From an uncultured Flavobacteriales bacterium (GTDB lineage Bacteria > Bacteroidota > Bacteroidia > Flavobacteriales > UBA7312): a stretch of 64,000 bases of DNA. Of the stretch, positions 9,007 through 21,021 are shown in pieces (the stretch's first letter is position 1; the number at the start of each line of letters is the position of its first letter). The translations under genes and the position numbers were made by a program. The DNA lies in NCBI GenBank assembly GCA_964004705.1, contig CAXFOQ010000001.1, positions 7,467 through 71,466 on the forward strand. Reading direction: 5' to 3'. The notes below the pieces were generated by a model. The model did not search any database. It saw only the letters and a program-made list of their open reading frames with translations, and was not told the origin of the DNA.

Positions 9007-9638
9007 AAAAGTATTGGGCAGAGTTTTTAGGCACTTTTATGATGGTATTTACTGGAACAGGTGCTATCGTTATAAACGATTTGTATGGTAGCGTTTCGCA
9101 TTTAGGTATTGGCTTAACTTTTGGTTTGGTAGTGATGGCAGTTATATATTCTATTGGTAGTATTTCTGGAGCACATATTAATCCTGCAGTTAGTATTGCC
9201 TTTTGGGTAGCTAAACGCTTTGAAACTAAAGAGGTATTGCCATATATAGGCGTTCAGTTGCTTGGTGCTTTTTTGGCTAGTTTATTTCTCAAAATAATGT
9301 TTCCAGAGCATGAATTTTTAGGTGCTACTGTACCTGTTGATAGTTGGCAACAATCTTTTGTTTTAGAATTTATCCTAACCTTTATTCTGATGTTTGTTAT
9401 TCTGTTGCTTTCACAAGGTAGTAAAGAAGTGGGAGTAATGACGGGTTTGGTTATTGGTTCTGTAGTAGCTTTAGAGGCTATTTTTGCAGGGCCTGTTTCT
9501 GGTGCCTCTATGAATCCAGCACGTTCTATTGCTCCAGCAGTAGTTTCTGGTCATTTGACTCACTTGTGGCTATATGTAGTTGCTACAACTCTAGGAGCTA
9601 TTGCTTCTGTGTATGCTGTAAAGTTGATTAAAGATTAA
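9003..9638 (+). CDS. MIP-family channel (aquaporin), NIP/AqpN-like
   Basis: Two NPA boxes (GAHINPAVS and [13 protein letters not shown]) and six predicted TM segments; 211 aa. ATGA start/stop overlap with the thioesterase gene. Confidence 0.9.
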   Translation: MKKYWAEFLGTFMMVFTGTGAIVINDLYGSVSHLGIGLTFGLVVMAVIYSIGSISGAHINPAVSIAFWVAKRFETKEVLPYIGVQLLGAFLASLFLKIMFPEHEFLGATVPVDSWQQSFVLEFILTFILMFVILLLSQGSKEVGVMTGLVIGSVVALEAIFAGPVSGASMNPARSIAPAVVSGHLTHLWLYVVATTLGAIASVYAVKLIKD

Positions 9639-10548
9639 TCATCAAATAGTCGTACATCTGAGTCATGGATTCTATATCAGATTTATGCACTTTCTCGTCG
9701 GGTGTATGCACGAAATCTTCGGGAGCACCAATAAAACACCAATCAAATGGGTAGGGCGAACGCTGTAGGGCGTTACCATCGCTACCTCCAGCATTTTCTA
9801 CTTCCAATTGAAAAGGAATGTTACTAGCCTTTGCCAAATCAATAATTCTATTAATGTAAGTCCTTCTAGGAATACCACTATCTCTAATTGATATGGCTAC
9901 GCCTTTAGCGTGTTCAACACCTTTCGTAACCCAAGTTATATCAGAGATAAGAGCTTGTTTGACTCCGAATTTTTCATAGATGAATTTAGCTAAGTAGCCT
10001 ACTGAACCACCGCCATGTTCTTCCCATGCTGAAAAACAAATTATGCCATTTTCTAGCTTTTCAGCCACTTTAAGGGCATTCCACACACCCAAACGGTTGT
10101 CCATATAACAGCATTGAACAAAGTCGTCAGTTTCTCTAAAATCAGCTTTAAACGTTAGTGTTGTACCTCTTTCAACTTCTCTACCTCCGATAAAAAGAGT
10201 TTTATTGCCGTCTTTATCGGTTTTGTGTTGTAGTTTTTCTTCAATTCTTCCTTGGATATCTTGTCCCACTAATACAATACCTTCTTTGGTGCTAGGACCT
10301 CCAATTTTTACTACTTCATTGTTATACTTTACGGTATAGCCAATACTATCTAAGTGTGCAAAAATGGCTGTGGTAGGTTTACCAAAGACCAAAACAATAC
10401 AATCCTGAAAACCATCGCCATAAAACAATTCAGGTTTTACTTTCCAACTGTCTTGATTGATTTTGATATAATCCAACACAAATTCAGTCATATTTTGTTC
10501 AGAGCCCGATGGGGCTTCTATGTGGCAAAGTGTTTTTAATAATTCCAT
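9628..10548 (-). CDS. M42-family metallopeptidase-like hydrolase (FrvX/glutamyl aminopeptidase family)
   Basis: N-terminal [11 protein letters not shown], then [21 protein letters not shown] and GGSDG motifs in the order expected for M42 peptidases. Confidence 0.65.
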   Translation of the reverse strand: MELLKTLCHIEAPSGSEQNMTEFVLDYIKINQDSWKVKPELFYGDGFQDCIVLVFGKPTTAIFAHLDSIGYTVKYNNEVVKIGGPSTKEGIVLVGQDIQGRIEEKLQHKTDKDGNKTLFIGGREVERGTTLTFKADFRETDDFVQCCYMDNRLGVWNALKVAEKLENGIICFSAWEEHGGGSVGYLAKFIYEKFGVKQALISDITWVTKGVEHAKGVAISIRDSGIPRRTYINRIIDLAKASNIPFQLEVENAGGSDGNALQRSPYPFDWCFIGAPEDFVHTPDEKVHKSDIESMTQMYDYLMINL

Positions 10549-10549
10549 A

Positions 10550-11164
10550 TTAAATGGTTTTTTGATAAACTAATTTAACTTTATGATTGAGTGCAAATAT
10601 ACTTTGCATTTGTTCAGATTGGCTTTTTCTAATACTAAAAGTTAATTCACATTCTATTTCAAACTTTTGCCGCATAACGTCTAGATTTAAATCCTTAACT
10701 ATTCGCATGACATTATTCATTTCTGGATATTGAAAATACACCACAAAAACTTCCTTTATGTAGCGTTTTTCGATAGCAATATTTTGTAAAGCATCTTGTG
10801 CAGCACTTCTGTAGGCGTTGATGAGTCCACCTACGCCCAGTTTCACTCCACCAAAATAACGAACTACAATGATTAGAGTATTGGTTAAGTCATTAGATAA
10901 AAGCTGACCTAAAATGGGCTTTCCAGCCGTATTAGAAGGTTCTCCGTCATCGCTGTCTCTTTGTATAGATTTATCTGGATTTAGAACGTATGCATAGCAA
11001 TGGTGACGTGCTGAATATTCCTTTTTTCTAACTTCTGCCATTCTAGTTTTCACATCATCTTCATCTTTGATATGAAAGGTATAGGCAATAAACTTACTTC
11101 CCTTGTCTTTAAAAAGCCCCTGAGATGAGCCGACAACTTCTAAATATGAATCCTCGAAAAGCAT
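10550..11164 (-). CDS. yigZ: YigZ/IMPACT-family protein
   Basis: KGSKFIAY...ARHHCYAY...[14 protein letters not shown] motifs typical of UPF0029/IMPACT N-terminal domain proteins. Confidence 0.85.
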   Translation of the reverse strand: MLFEDSYLEVVGSSQGLFKDKGSKFIAYTFHIKDEDDVKTRMAEVRKKEYSARHHCYAYVLNPDKSIQRDSDDGEPSNTAGKPILGQLLSNDLTNTLIIVVRYFGGVKLGVGGLINAYRSAAQDALQNIAIEKRYIKEVFVVYFQYPEMNNVMRIVKDLNLDVMRQKFEIECELTFSIRKSQSEQMQSIFALNHKVKLVYQKTI

Positions 11165-12004
11165 TTATGAATAGATAAGGATACAAATAGAAGTGATAGC
11201 CAGTATGACACCTAGCCAATTTAGTTTGGATAAATGTTCTTTGTAGTATCCCCAACCGATAAGTGCTGATAAAACCACTACACCAATATTCAAGATAGGA
11301 AAAACTAAACTAGAATCCATTTTATTCAAACTTTTCAAAACAAATAAGATGCTCAAGTAATTAGGAATACCTAGAGATAATCCATAAATCACATTTCTCA
11401 TTTTGAATCCTTGTTTCTTAACGATTAGCATAATAAAGCCTACACAAAAAGCAACTAAAAATACCGTACTCGTAAAATAGTCTTTAGCGGCTTGTGTTTC
11501 AAGGTATTTGAATTGTATATGGGATAAGACTGTATCTAACAATCCTGCACCTACAAATAAGAGTATAGCTAGATATATTGGTACGTTTTTATTTTCATCT
11601 TTTTTGACAGTCAGATAAACCGATAATAGTGCGATAACAATACCTAACGATTTTAGTATTGTCCATAAATCCCCTTGAAATAACAAAGCAGCAATAACAG
11701 GAATTATCAAAGACATTTTACTTGCTAATGAGCCTATGGTAACGCCCAATTTCTGAGTGGTCAAGGCCATAATATTGAACATTACTATAAAAAAAATCCC
11801 CAAAAAGACCGTAGGGATAAACCAATCGGCATAAATAGTATTTTCAATAGTGTAGCCTGAACTGCCAAAAGCTATTGATAAGACTCCAGCAGAAAGATAA
11901 TTGAATGTAATTGCTTCGAGAGTATTAACCTTTCTTCTGTCAAATTCTTTAAAAAAAAGAAATAGACATATGGTAAATAATATGGATAACCCTAATTCAA
12001 TCAT
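11165..12004 (-). CDS. DMT/EamA-like integral membrane transporter
   Basis: 279 aa, about 10 hydrophobic helices, duplicated half-structure. No specific substrate can be inferred. Confidence 0.6.
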   Translation of the reverse strand: MIELGLSILFTICLFLFFKEFDRRKVNTLEAITFNYLSAGVLSIAFGSSGYTIENTIYADWFIPTVFLGIFFIVMFNIMALTTQKLGVTIGSLASKMSLIIPVIAALLFQGDLWTILKSLGIVIALLSVYLTVKKDENKNVPIYLAILLFVGAGLLDTVLSHIQFKYLETQAAKDYFTSTVFLVAFCVGFIMLIVKKQGFKMRNVIYGLSLGIPNYLSILFVLKSLNKMDSSLVFPILNIGVVVLSALIGWGYYKEHLSKLNWLGVILAITSICILIYS

Positions 12005-13023
12005 GAGTTAATGAAATAAGTTAATTTATCGTCACCAACAATTTCTGAGTGATTTATAACTGACTGAATTAAAGGTGATTGAACACCTTTTTCTAATATC
12101 TTTTTTGATGTAAAAACCCTAGCCTCATCCCACACTTTAGCATCAATAAATGTATTTAATGTTTGAGCACCACCCTCAATTATGATAGATTGTATATTAC
12201 GACTGTGTAACTCTTTTAAAAGTGATGGTGCAAGATTGTTAAAATCTATTTTCAAATGATTGTCAGATGATAGCTTATCATTAACAACTAGAGTAGGGGC
12301 GTCATCATTAAAAATAAGGAGGTCTTTATTTAAAGATAATTTTCTGTCTAACACTATTCGAATCGGATTTTTACCTTCAACTTCTCTAGTGGTAAGTAAA
12401 GGATTGTCAAGATCTGCTGTTTTACGACCAACCAATATAGCCTGTTCTTGACTACGCCATTGGTGGACTAAGGTTTTGGATTCAGGAGAGCTAATCCAAA
12501 GGGGTTCTTTTTGATTTAAAGGAGCAATATATCCATCTGATGTTTGTGCCCATTTTAAAATGACATAAGGACGTTTTTTCTCATGAAAAGTGAAAAATCT
12601 CTTGTTGATTGCTCGACATTCTTTTTCTAATACATTTGTAACCACTTCAATACCACTCTTTTTCAAAAGCTGAATACCTTTACCATTAACTTCTGAAAAA
12701 GTATCTAAACTGCCTATAACTACTCTGGGTATTTTACTTTTAACTATTAAATCTGCACAAGGAGGGGTTTTGCCAAAATGGGCACAAGGTTCAAGGCTAA
12801 CGTATAAGGTAGATTGTTCTAGTAATTCTTTATTCTCTACACTGGCAATAGCGTTGACTTCAGCATGATGATAGCCGAATTGTTGGTGATATCCTTGACC
12901 AATTATACTATCGTTGTGAACAATAACACAACCAACCATTGGGTTAGGAAAGGCTAAAGGGAAGCCCTTTAACGCTAAATCGATACAAACTTGCATGTAT
13001 TTTTTGTCCATCAACACGCACAA
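12001..13023 (-). CDS. ribD: Bifunctional riboflavin biosynthesis deaminase/reductase RibD
   Basis: Cytidine-deaminase zinc motifs HAEVNA and PCAHFGKTPPC, plus a C-terminal reductase domain (ILKWAQTSDGYIA). The true start may be the internal Met at MDKKY (13011). Confidence 0.92.
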   Translation of the reverse strand: MCVLMDKKYMQVCIDLALKGFPLAFPNPMVGCVIVHNDSIIGQGYHQQFGYHHAEVNAIASVENKELLEQSTLYVSLEPCAHFGKTPPCADLIVKSKIPRVVIGSLDTFSEVNGKGIQLLKKSGIEVVTNVLEKECRAINKRFFTFHEKKRPYVILKWAQTSDGYIAPLNQKEPLWISSPESKTLVHQWRSQEQAILVGRKTADLDNPLLTTREVEGKNPIRIVLDRKLSLNKDLLIFNDDAPTLVVNDKLSSDNHLKIDFNNLAPSLLKELHSRNIQSIIIEGGAQTLNTFIDAKVWDEARVFTSKKILEKGVQSPLIQSVINHSEIVGDDKLTYFINS

Positions 13024-13042
13024 ATTTAACTAAATTGCTCAG

Positions 13043-13882
13043 ATGAAAATGATTCGTGATATACTGCCTTATTTTGAAAAGGAGTTAATGCAATTTTACT
13101 CTAAGAAAGAGACTCAAAACTTGGCTTTTTGGTGTATTCATTCGATATCAAAACTTAGTCGTTCTGAATACCTATTGTCGTCGAATAGTCCATTATCAAA
13201 GGAAACAGTAAGTTTTTATCAGTCAGTAGTTAGTAGATTACAAAATTTTGAACCTTTACAATACATATTGGGAGAATGTGAATTTTATGGCTTATCGTTA
13301 AAAGTTTCTCCATCTTGTTTGATACCTCGCCCTGAAACTGAAGAGTTAGTTCATTGGATATTACAACATAATTTTACAAAAGCACTAGATATAGGTACTG
13401 GCAGTGCATGTATTCCAATAGCATTAGCTAAGCATAAAGAGGCTCAAATTACGGCTTTGGATATTTCATCTGATGCTTTGTCAATAGCTAGAGAAAATGC
13501 TAAAAAAAACACAGTAGATATTCATTTTATTGAACACAATATTTTTAATGATATTGATTTGAAAACTTCCTTTGATTTAATTGTTAGTAATCCTCCCTAC
13601 GTTTTAGAAAGTGAAAAGACATTGATGAATAATAATGTATTAGACTATGAGCCACATTTAGCTTTGTTTGTTTCAGATAATGACGCCTTAATATACTATA
13701 AGCGTATCATAGATTTTTCAAAAGTCCATTTACAAAGAGAAGGATTGTTGTTTTTAGAAATAAATGAACAAAAATCAGTTGAAATAAAAGATTTGCTAGA
13801 GAATAATGGTTTTGAAAATGTCTTAATAAAAAAAGATATGCAAGGCAAAAATAGAATGGTAAAAGCCGTTAGGAAATCGTAA
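13043..13882 (+). CDS. prmC: Release-factor glutamine N5-methyltransferase PrmC (HemK)
   Basis: SAM-binding DIGTGSACI and catalytic NPPY (VSNPPYV) motifs; 279 aa. Confidence 0.9.
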   Translation: MKMIRDILPYFEKELMQFYSKKETQNLAFWCIHSISKLSRSEYLLSSNSPLSKETVSFYQSVVSRLQNFEPLQYILGECEFYGLSLKVSPSCLIPRPETEELVHWILQHNFTKALDIGTGSACIPIALAKHKEAQITALDISSDALSIARENAKKNTVDIHFIEHNIFNDIDLKTSFDLIVSNPPYVLESEKTLMNNNVLDYEPHLALFVSDNDALIYYKRIIDFSKVHLQREGLLFLEINEQKSVEIKDLLENNGFENVLIKKDMQGKNRMVKAVRKS

Positions 13883-15885
<2,003 letters not shown>

Positions 15886-15886
<1 letters not shown>

Positions 15887-16443
15887 TGCACATTCAATTT
15901 ATAGAAAATATCAAGCAGAAACTTGGTGATTATGTTTTTAAACGTGATTTGGAACACAACGATAGAAAACGTGAAGTTCATAATTTTCATACAGCTAAAT
16001 CTATTGGCATTCTTTATGATGCTACCGATTTGAAAGATATGATGCTCGTAAGCGATTTTGTAAACGACCTTTTTAAGACTAAAAAAGATGTTAAGGCCCT
16101 AGGTTTTGTGAATAGAAATGAACTTACACATCATCATATGCCTATGCTTCAATTCGATTTTTTCTTTTTGAAAGATTTGAATTGGTACTATAAACCTCAA
16201 AATTATATTATCAAAAATTTCTTAGAAAAGGATTACGATATACTGATCAATTTATGTACTAGTAATTGTGTGCCTGTCAAATATCTAGCAGGCGCTTCAA
16301 AAGCTAAGTTTAAAGTAGGTAAATACGAACAAGATTTATCTATCTATGACATGATGATAGATGTTAAAAAAGATGCCTTATCAGTTTTGATAAGTGAAGT
16401 AAAACATTATCTTAACTTAATTAACAAAAAAAATGCTTCGTAA
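15886..16443 (+). CDS. Hypothetical protein, translationally coupled between ligA and dapA
   Basis: 185-aa ORF whose ATG overlaps the ligA stop by 1 nt and whose 3' end overlaps the dapA start by 11 nt. I recognise no motif. Confidence 0.6.
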
Positions 16444-17314
16444 AATAAGTGGAACAGGTGTAGCTCTAGTAACTCCTTTCAAATCTGACTTGAGTATTGA
16501 TTTTGAAGCATTAGCTTCCTTAGTCAATCATTGTGTTGATGGTAACATAGACTTTCTTGTCGTTATGGGCACAACCGGTGAAAGTGTAACACTTTCATTA
16601 GAAGAAAAAAATGCGGCATTAGATTGTGTCAAAAAGGCAAACAATAATAGATTACCCATTGTATTAGGTATTGGTGGAAATAACACTGATTACATTACCC
16701 AGTCTTTTTCTTCTTATAATCTTGATGGAGTTGATGCTATTTTATCTGTTTCACCAGCTTATAATAAGCCTACACAAGAGGGAATATATCAACATTTCAA
16801 AGCGATTTCTGAAAGTTCGCCACTACCTATAATTTTATACAATGTTCCAGGTAGGACATCTTCTAATATGACTGCCGAAACTACTCTAAGATTAGCTAAT
16901 GATTTTGAAAATATCATTGCAATAAAAGAAGCGAGTGCTGATATGGAGCAGATTATGGAAATCATCTCTAAAAAACCCATTGATTTTAAGGTTCTTTCTG
17001 GAGATGATGCAATTACACTTCCTATAATTCTTATGGGAGGTGATGGTGTTATTTCAGTATTGGGTCAAGCCTTGCCAGAAGATTTTTCTTCTATGGTAAA
17101 ATATGGTCTTGAAGGAGATTTAAAAGCCTCTAAAGAATTACATTATAAGATATTGAGTTTTGTTAAGCCACTATTTGTAGAAGGTAATCCAGCGGGAATA
17201 AAGACTCTACTCAATTTACAGGGTATTTGCAAGGAAGAAGTGAGATTACCATTAGTCAAATCTTCGGCAAAATTAAAATCTATATTTAAACAAGAATTGA
17301 ATAAATTAGTCTAG
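16433..17314 (+). CDS. dapA: 4-hydroxy-tetrahydrodipicolinate synthase DapA
   Basis: GTGVALVTPF..., VVMGTTGES, YNVPGRT and IAIKEAS (Schiff-base Lys context) motifs; 293 aa. Confidence 0.93.
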   Translation: MLRKISGTGVALVTPFKSDLSIDFEALASLVNHCVDGNIDFLVVMGTTGESVTLSLEEKNAALDCVKKANNNRLPIVLGIGGNNTDYITQSFSSYNLDGVDAILSVSPAYNKPTQEGIYQHFKAISESSPLPIILYNVPGRTSSNMTAETTLRLANDFENIIAIKEASADMEQIMEIISKKPIDFKVLSGDDAITLPIILMGGDGVISVLGQALPEDFSSMVKYGLEGDLKASKELHYKILSFVKPLFVEGNPAGIKTLLNLQGICKEEVRLPLVKSSAKLKSIFKQELNKLV

Positions 17315-18552
17315 AAACTAGCTAACTTTTCAGAAACATATTCACCTCTCTCTAATTTATCTTTAATAGCACTAAAGGACTCTATTGTGTAGTTTACATC
17401 TTCTAATGTATGAACAGCAGTAGGAATAAGTCTTAAAAGAATTACACCCTTAGGAACAACAGGATAGGTTACAATAGAACAGAATATGCCGAAATTTTCT
17501 CTTAAATCTAAGGTTAGATTAGTTGCTTCACCAACACCACCAGACAAATAAACAGGTGTTACAGCAGATTCAGTATTACCTATGTTAAAACCAGCTTTTC
17601 TAAGTCCAGACTGTAGGCTATTAGCAATATTCCAAAGATTAGATTTCAGCTCTGGTTTAGATTGAAGAAGTTCTAGACGCTTAATAGCACCAATTGTAAT
17701 TGGCATAGGTAAAGATTTAGCAAAAATCTGAGAACGCATGTTGTATCTCAAGTATTCTACAACATCTTCAGTAGAAGATATGAAGGCACCAATACTTGCC
17801 ATAGATTTAGCAAAGGTACCAAAGTAAACATCAATTTCATCGTGGCAACCTAAATGCTCACCCGCACCATATCCTGTTTCTCCCATAGTTCCAAAACCAT
17901 GTGCATCATCAACTAACAGACGGAAATCATATTTTGCTTTTAAAGCTGTTATCTCTTTAAGTTTACCTAAGTCGCCAGACATTCCAAAAACACCTTCAGT
18001 AATAACTAGTATTCCACCATCTGTTTCATCAGTAATCTTTTGAGCTCTTTGTAATTGCTTTTCAAAATTTTCAATATTGTTGTGAGGGAAAACAAAACGC
18101 TTTCCTTGATGTAATCTGACACCATCAATTATACAAGCGTGACATTCACTATCATAAACAATAACATCTTTTCTATCTACTAATGCATCAATTGATGACA
18201 TTATTCCCTGGTATCCAAAGTTAAGTAGTATAGTATCTTCTTTTTTCAAAAAGGAGGAAAGCTCATTTTCTAGTTGTTCATGGAATTTTGTGTTACCAGA
18301 CATCATTCTAGAACCCATAGGGTAACCTAGACCCCAATCTTTTGTGGCTTGTTCATCTGCAAGTCTAACTTCATCATGATTTGACAGTCCTATGTAATTA
18401 TTGATGCTCCAAACTAAAACTTCTTTTCCTCTGAAAAACATTTTATTGGAAATTTCACCTTCTAATTTGGGAAATGTAAAGTAGCCATGTGCATCTTTTG
18501 CATGTTTTCCTAAAGGCCCTCTATTGTTTTTTATCTTATCAAAAAGATCCAT
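17311..18552 (-). CDS. PLP-dependent alpha-oxoamine synthase (Kbl/BioF/serine-palmitoyltransferase family)
   Basis: 413 aa. SNNYIGL, DDAHGFG and PLP-lysine GTFAKSMAS motifs. The N-terminal region resembles the Bacteroidota acyltransferases of sphingolipid/sulfonolipid synthesis. Confidence 0.85.
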   Translation of the reverse strand: MDLFDKIKNNRGPLGKHAKDAHGYFTFPKLEGEISNKMFFRGKEVLVWSINNYIGLSNHDEVRLADEQATKDWGLGYPMGSRMMSGNTKFHEQLENELSSFLKKEDTILLNFGYQGIMSSIDALVDRKDVIVYDSECHACIIDGVRLHQGKRFVFPHNNIENFEKQLQRAQKITDETDGGILVITEGVFGMSGDLGKLKEITALKAKYDFRLLVDDAHGFGTMGETGYGAGEHLGCHDEIDVYFGTFAKSMASIGAFISSTEDVVEYLRYNMRSQIFAKSLPMPITIGAIKRLELLQSKPELKSNLWNIANSLQSGLRKAGFNIGNTESAVTPVYLSGGVGEATNLTLDLRENFGIFCSIVTYPVVPKGVILLRLIPTAVHTLEDVNYTIESFSAIKDKLERGEYVSEKLASF

Positions 18553-18657
18553 ACCTACTAATTAATTTAAGTCGGCTAAAATAATCATTAGTATTTATCT
18601 TACAAAATACATTTTAAAGTATGTAAAATAAATTATTTCAAAAGTCGTACCAATTAC

Positions 18658-18665
18658 TATCTTTG
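18658..18665 (+). promoter_or_regulatory. Bacteroidota-type -7 promoter box TATCTTTG
   Basis: Exact TAnnTTTG match, 16 nt upstream of ATG 18681. It overlaps the TTG (18663) that the ORF track used as a start. Confidence 0.5.
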
Positions 18666-18680
18666 CAATTCATTATCCAG

Positions 18681-19469
18681 ATGAAAAATTTATTAAACAT
18701 AGTACTTTTAGCATCATTATTATCATGTAATGGCTATCAGAAGATAGTAAAGAGTAATGATATTGAGTTAAAATATATGATGGCCAAAAATTACTATGAA
18801 GAGAATGAATACTTTAAGGCCTTACCACTTCTTGATGAATTGCACACTTTATTTAAAGGAACAAATAAAGCAGAAGAAGTAGATTATTTGCTTGCATACA
18901 CTCACTTCGGATTAGGTGCTAATATGATAGCTAGTTATAAATTTAAAGTGTTTACTTTAACATATCCATTTAGCAAGCATAATGAGGAGTTGTCTTACAT
19001 GGCAGCTTATTGTTACTATTTAGAATCTCCTAAATATACATTAGATAAAACAAATACTCTTAAAGCAATTCAAGAGTTACAAACATTCATAGATAAATAT
19101 CCTGAAAGTGAGAAAGTTGAAAAGTGTAATTCTCTAATAGATGATTTAACTTTAAAGATTCATAATAAAGTTTTCGGGATTGCTAGGTTATATTATGATA
19201 TCGAAGATTACAATGCTGCAATTACTGCCTTGAATAACGTTATAAACGATTATCCGACAATTGACAATCAATCAGAAATACAATTTTTAATATTAGATGC
19301 TAACTACAAACTTGCTATAAATAGCGTTTCTAACAAGAAAATAGAACGTTTAAATAATACAATAGCATCTTATCGATACTTTGCCAAAAATTTTCCAGAT
19401 GATAAAAGGATGAGAGAGGCTAATTATATTTATGAAAAATCAAATAAACAACTAGAAAAGTTTCAATAA
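18681..19469 (+). CDS. bamD: Outer-membrane protein assembly factor BamD (TPR lipoprotein)
   Basis: Lipoprotein signal MKNLLNIVLLASLLSC starting from the ATG at 18681, followed by TPR-like repeats in the pattern of flavobacterial BamD/YfiO. Confidence 0.8.
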   Translation: MKNLLNIVLLASLLSCNGYQKIVKSNDIELKYMMAKNYYEENEYFKALPLLDELHTLFKGTNKAEEVDYLLAYTHFGLGANMIASYKFKVFTLTYPFSKHNEELSYMAAYCYYLESPKYTLDKTNTLKAIQELQTFIDKYPESEKVEKCNSLIDDLTLKIHNKVFGIARLYYDIEDYNAAITALNNVINDYPTIDNQSEIQFLILDANYKLAINSVSNKKIERLNNTIASYRYFAKNFPDDKRMREANYIYEKSNKQLEKFQ

Positions 19470-19810
19470 TGACAGATTTTAAAAAATCAAAAGCACCAAA
19501 TACTACAGAAACAAAGGATATTAAACATATGGCTCAGCGTACTGGAAATATGTATGAAGCCGTAGCAATAATGTCTAAACGTGCTGTTCAAATAAACAAA
19601 GACATCAAAGAAGAATTACTTTCTAAACTAGCAGAATTCGCTACTCCTAGTGAATCCATAGAAGAAATTTTTGAAAACAGTGAGCAAATAGAAGTTTCTA
19701 AGTTTTATGAAAGACTTCCAAAAGGAACACTTATTGCAGTACAAGAATTTTTAGAAGAAAACATTTACCATAGAAACGCTAAGTTAGATAACGAAGAGGA
19801 CATTGTCTAA
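19469..19810 (+). CDS. rpoZ: RNA polymerase omega subunit-like protein
   Basis: NMYEAVAIMSKRAVQI resembles the RpoZ N-terminal helix. Conserved position between bamD and coaBC; 113 aa. Confidence 0.65.
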   Translation: MTDFKKSKAPNTTETKDIKHMAQRTGNMYEAVAIMSKRAVQINKDIKEELLSKLAEFATPSESIEEIFENSEQIEVSKFYERLPKGTLIAVQEFLEENIYHRNAKLDNEEDIV

Positions 19811-21021
19811 TGTCTTTCTTTATGGATAAAAATGTAATTGTTGGTGTGACTGCAAGTATTGCGGCATACAAATCTGCACTTTTAGTAAGAGAGTTTGTAA
19901 AACAAGGTGCCAATGTTAAGGTAATACAAACTCCTGAATCTCAAAAATTTATTACGCCTCTGACCTTATCGACTTTATCTAAAAATCCAGTTCTTAGTGG
20001 ATTGGTTAAAGAAAAAGATAAAGATGTTTGGAATAATCATGTAGAAATCGGTCTTTGGGCCGATTTATTTGTTATTGCACCCGCAACTGCTAAAACACTT
20101 TCCAAGATGGCAAATGGTGAGTGTGACAATTTATTACTTACTACCTATTTATCTGCTAAATGCCCAGTATTTTTTGCTCCAGCTATGGACCTAGATATGT
20201 TTAAGCATCAAAGTACGCAAGACAATATAGATAAGCTTAACTCTTTTGGCAATGTCTATATTCCTCCTGGAAACGGCGAATTGGCAAGTGGTTTAAGTGG
20301 CATGGGCAGAATGGCGGAACCTGAAGATATTGTTTTGACTATAGAAGAAAATTTAACTAAACAACTTCCTCTTAAAAACAAAAACATTCTTATTACATCA
20401 GGACCTACTTTTGAAGCTATCGATCCTGTTCGATTTATAGGTAATCATTCATCAGGCAAAATGGGATTTTCAATTGCTGAAGCTGCGGCAAATGCTGGAG
20501 CTTACGTTACTTTAGTAGCTGGACCAACAAACCAACGACTTCTAAATAATAATATTAAGCTAGTTAATGTAGTCAACGCCAAAGATATGTATGATGCTTG
20601 TTTTGACCATTTTGAGTCGACAGACATCGCTATAATGAATGCTGCTGTATCGGATTACACTCCAAAAGTTGTTTCTACTACCAAACTGAAAAAGGATACA
20701 GAAAGTATAAATATAGAATTTGTTAAAACACAAGATATTCTTAAAAGCTTAGGTGATGTTAAATCTGCTAAGCAAGTGCTTGTTGGTTTTGCACTAGAAA
20801 CTAATGATGAAATACAAAATGCTAAAAAGAAACTATCTGATAAAAACTTAGATTTTATTGTTTTGAATTCAATGAATGATAAAGGGGCTGGTTTCAAACA
20901 CGATACAAATAAAATAACTATCATTGATAACAGTAATAAATTGTATAAATTTGAGTTAAAATCAAAACAAGAAGTAGCTGATGATATTATTAACCATCTC
21001 GTAAAACATTACAATGATTAG
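19810..21021 (+). CDS. coaBC: Bifunctional phosphopantothenoylcysteine decarboxylase / phosphopantothenate-cysteine ligase CoaBC
   Basis: Flavoprotein domain (VGVTASIAAYKS, PAMDLDM) and CoaB domain (GPTFEAIDPVRFIGNHSSGKMG, AAVSDY). Confidence 0.93.
   Translation: MSFFMDKNVIVGVTASIAAYKSALLVREFVKQGANVKVIQTPESQKFITPLTLSTLSKNPVLSGLVKEKDKDVWNNHVEIGLWADLFVIAPATAKTLSKMANGECDNLLLTTYLSAKCPVFFAPAMDLDMFKHQSTQDNIDKLNSFGNVYIPPGNGELASGLSGMGRMAEPEDIVLTIEENLTKQLPLKNKNILITSGPTFEAIDPVRFIGNHSSGKMGFSIAEAAANAGAYVTLVAGPTNQRLLNNNIKLVNVVNAKDMYDACFDHFESTDIAIMNAAVSDYTPKVVSTTKLKKDTESINIEFVKTQDILKSLGDVKSAKQVLVGFALETNDEIQNAKKKLSDKNLDFIVLNSMNDKGAGFKHDTNKITIIDNSNKLYKFELKSKQEVADDIINHLVKHYND

Noticed and set aside
13024-13042. 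Looked for an FMN riboswitch upstream of ribD, and for other riboswitches upstream of dapA, purA and the alpha-oxoamine synthase gene.
   Set aside because: The ribD/prmC divergent spacer is only about 19-31 nt, and the other genes overlap or closely abut their neighbours. There is no room for a structured leader.
18571-18595. AATAATCATTAGTATTTATC, which loosely resembles a Fur box, in the alpha-oxoamine synthase/bamD spacer.
   Set aside because: Only a partial half-site match (ATAATCATTA). AT-rich DNA gives such matches readily, and neither flanking gene is an obvious iron-regulon member.
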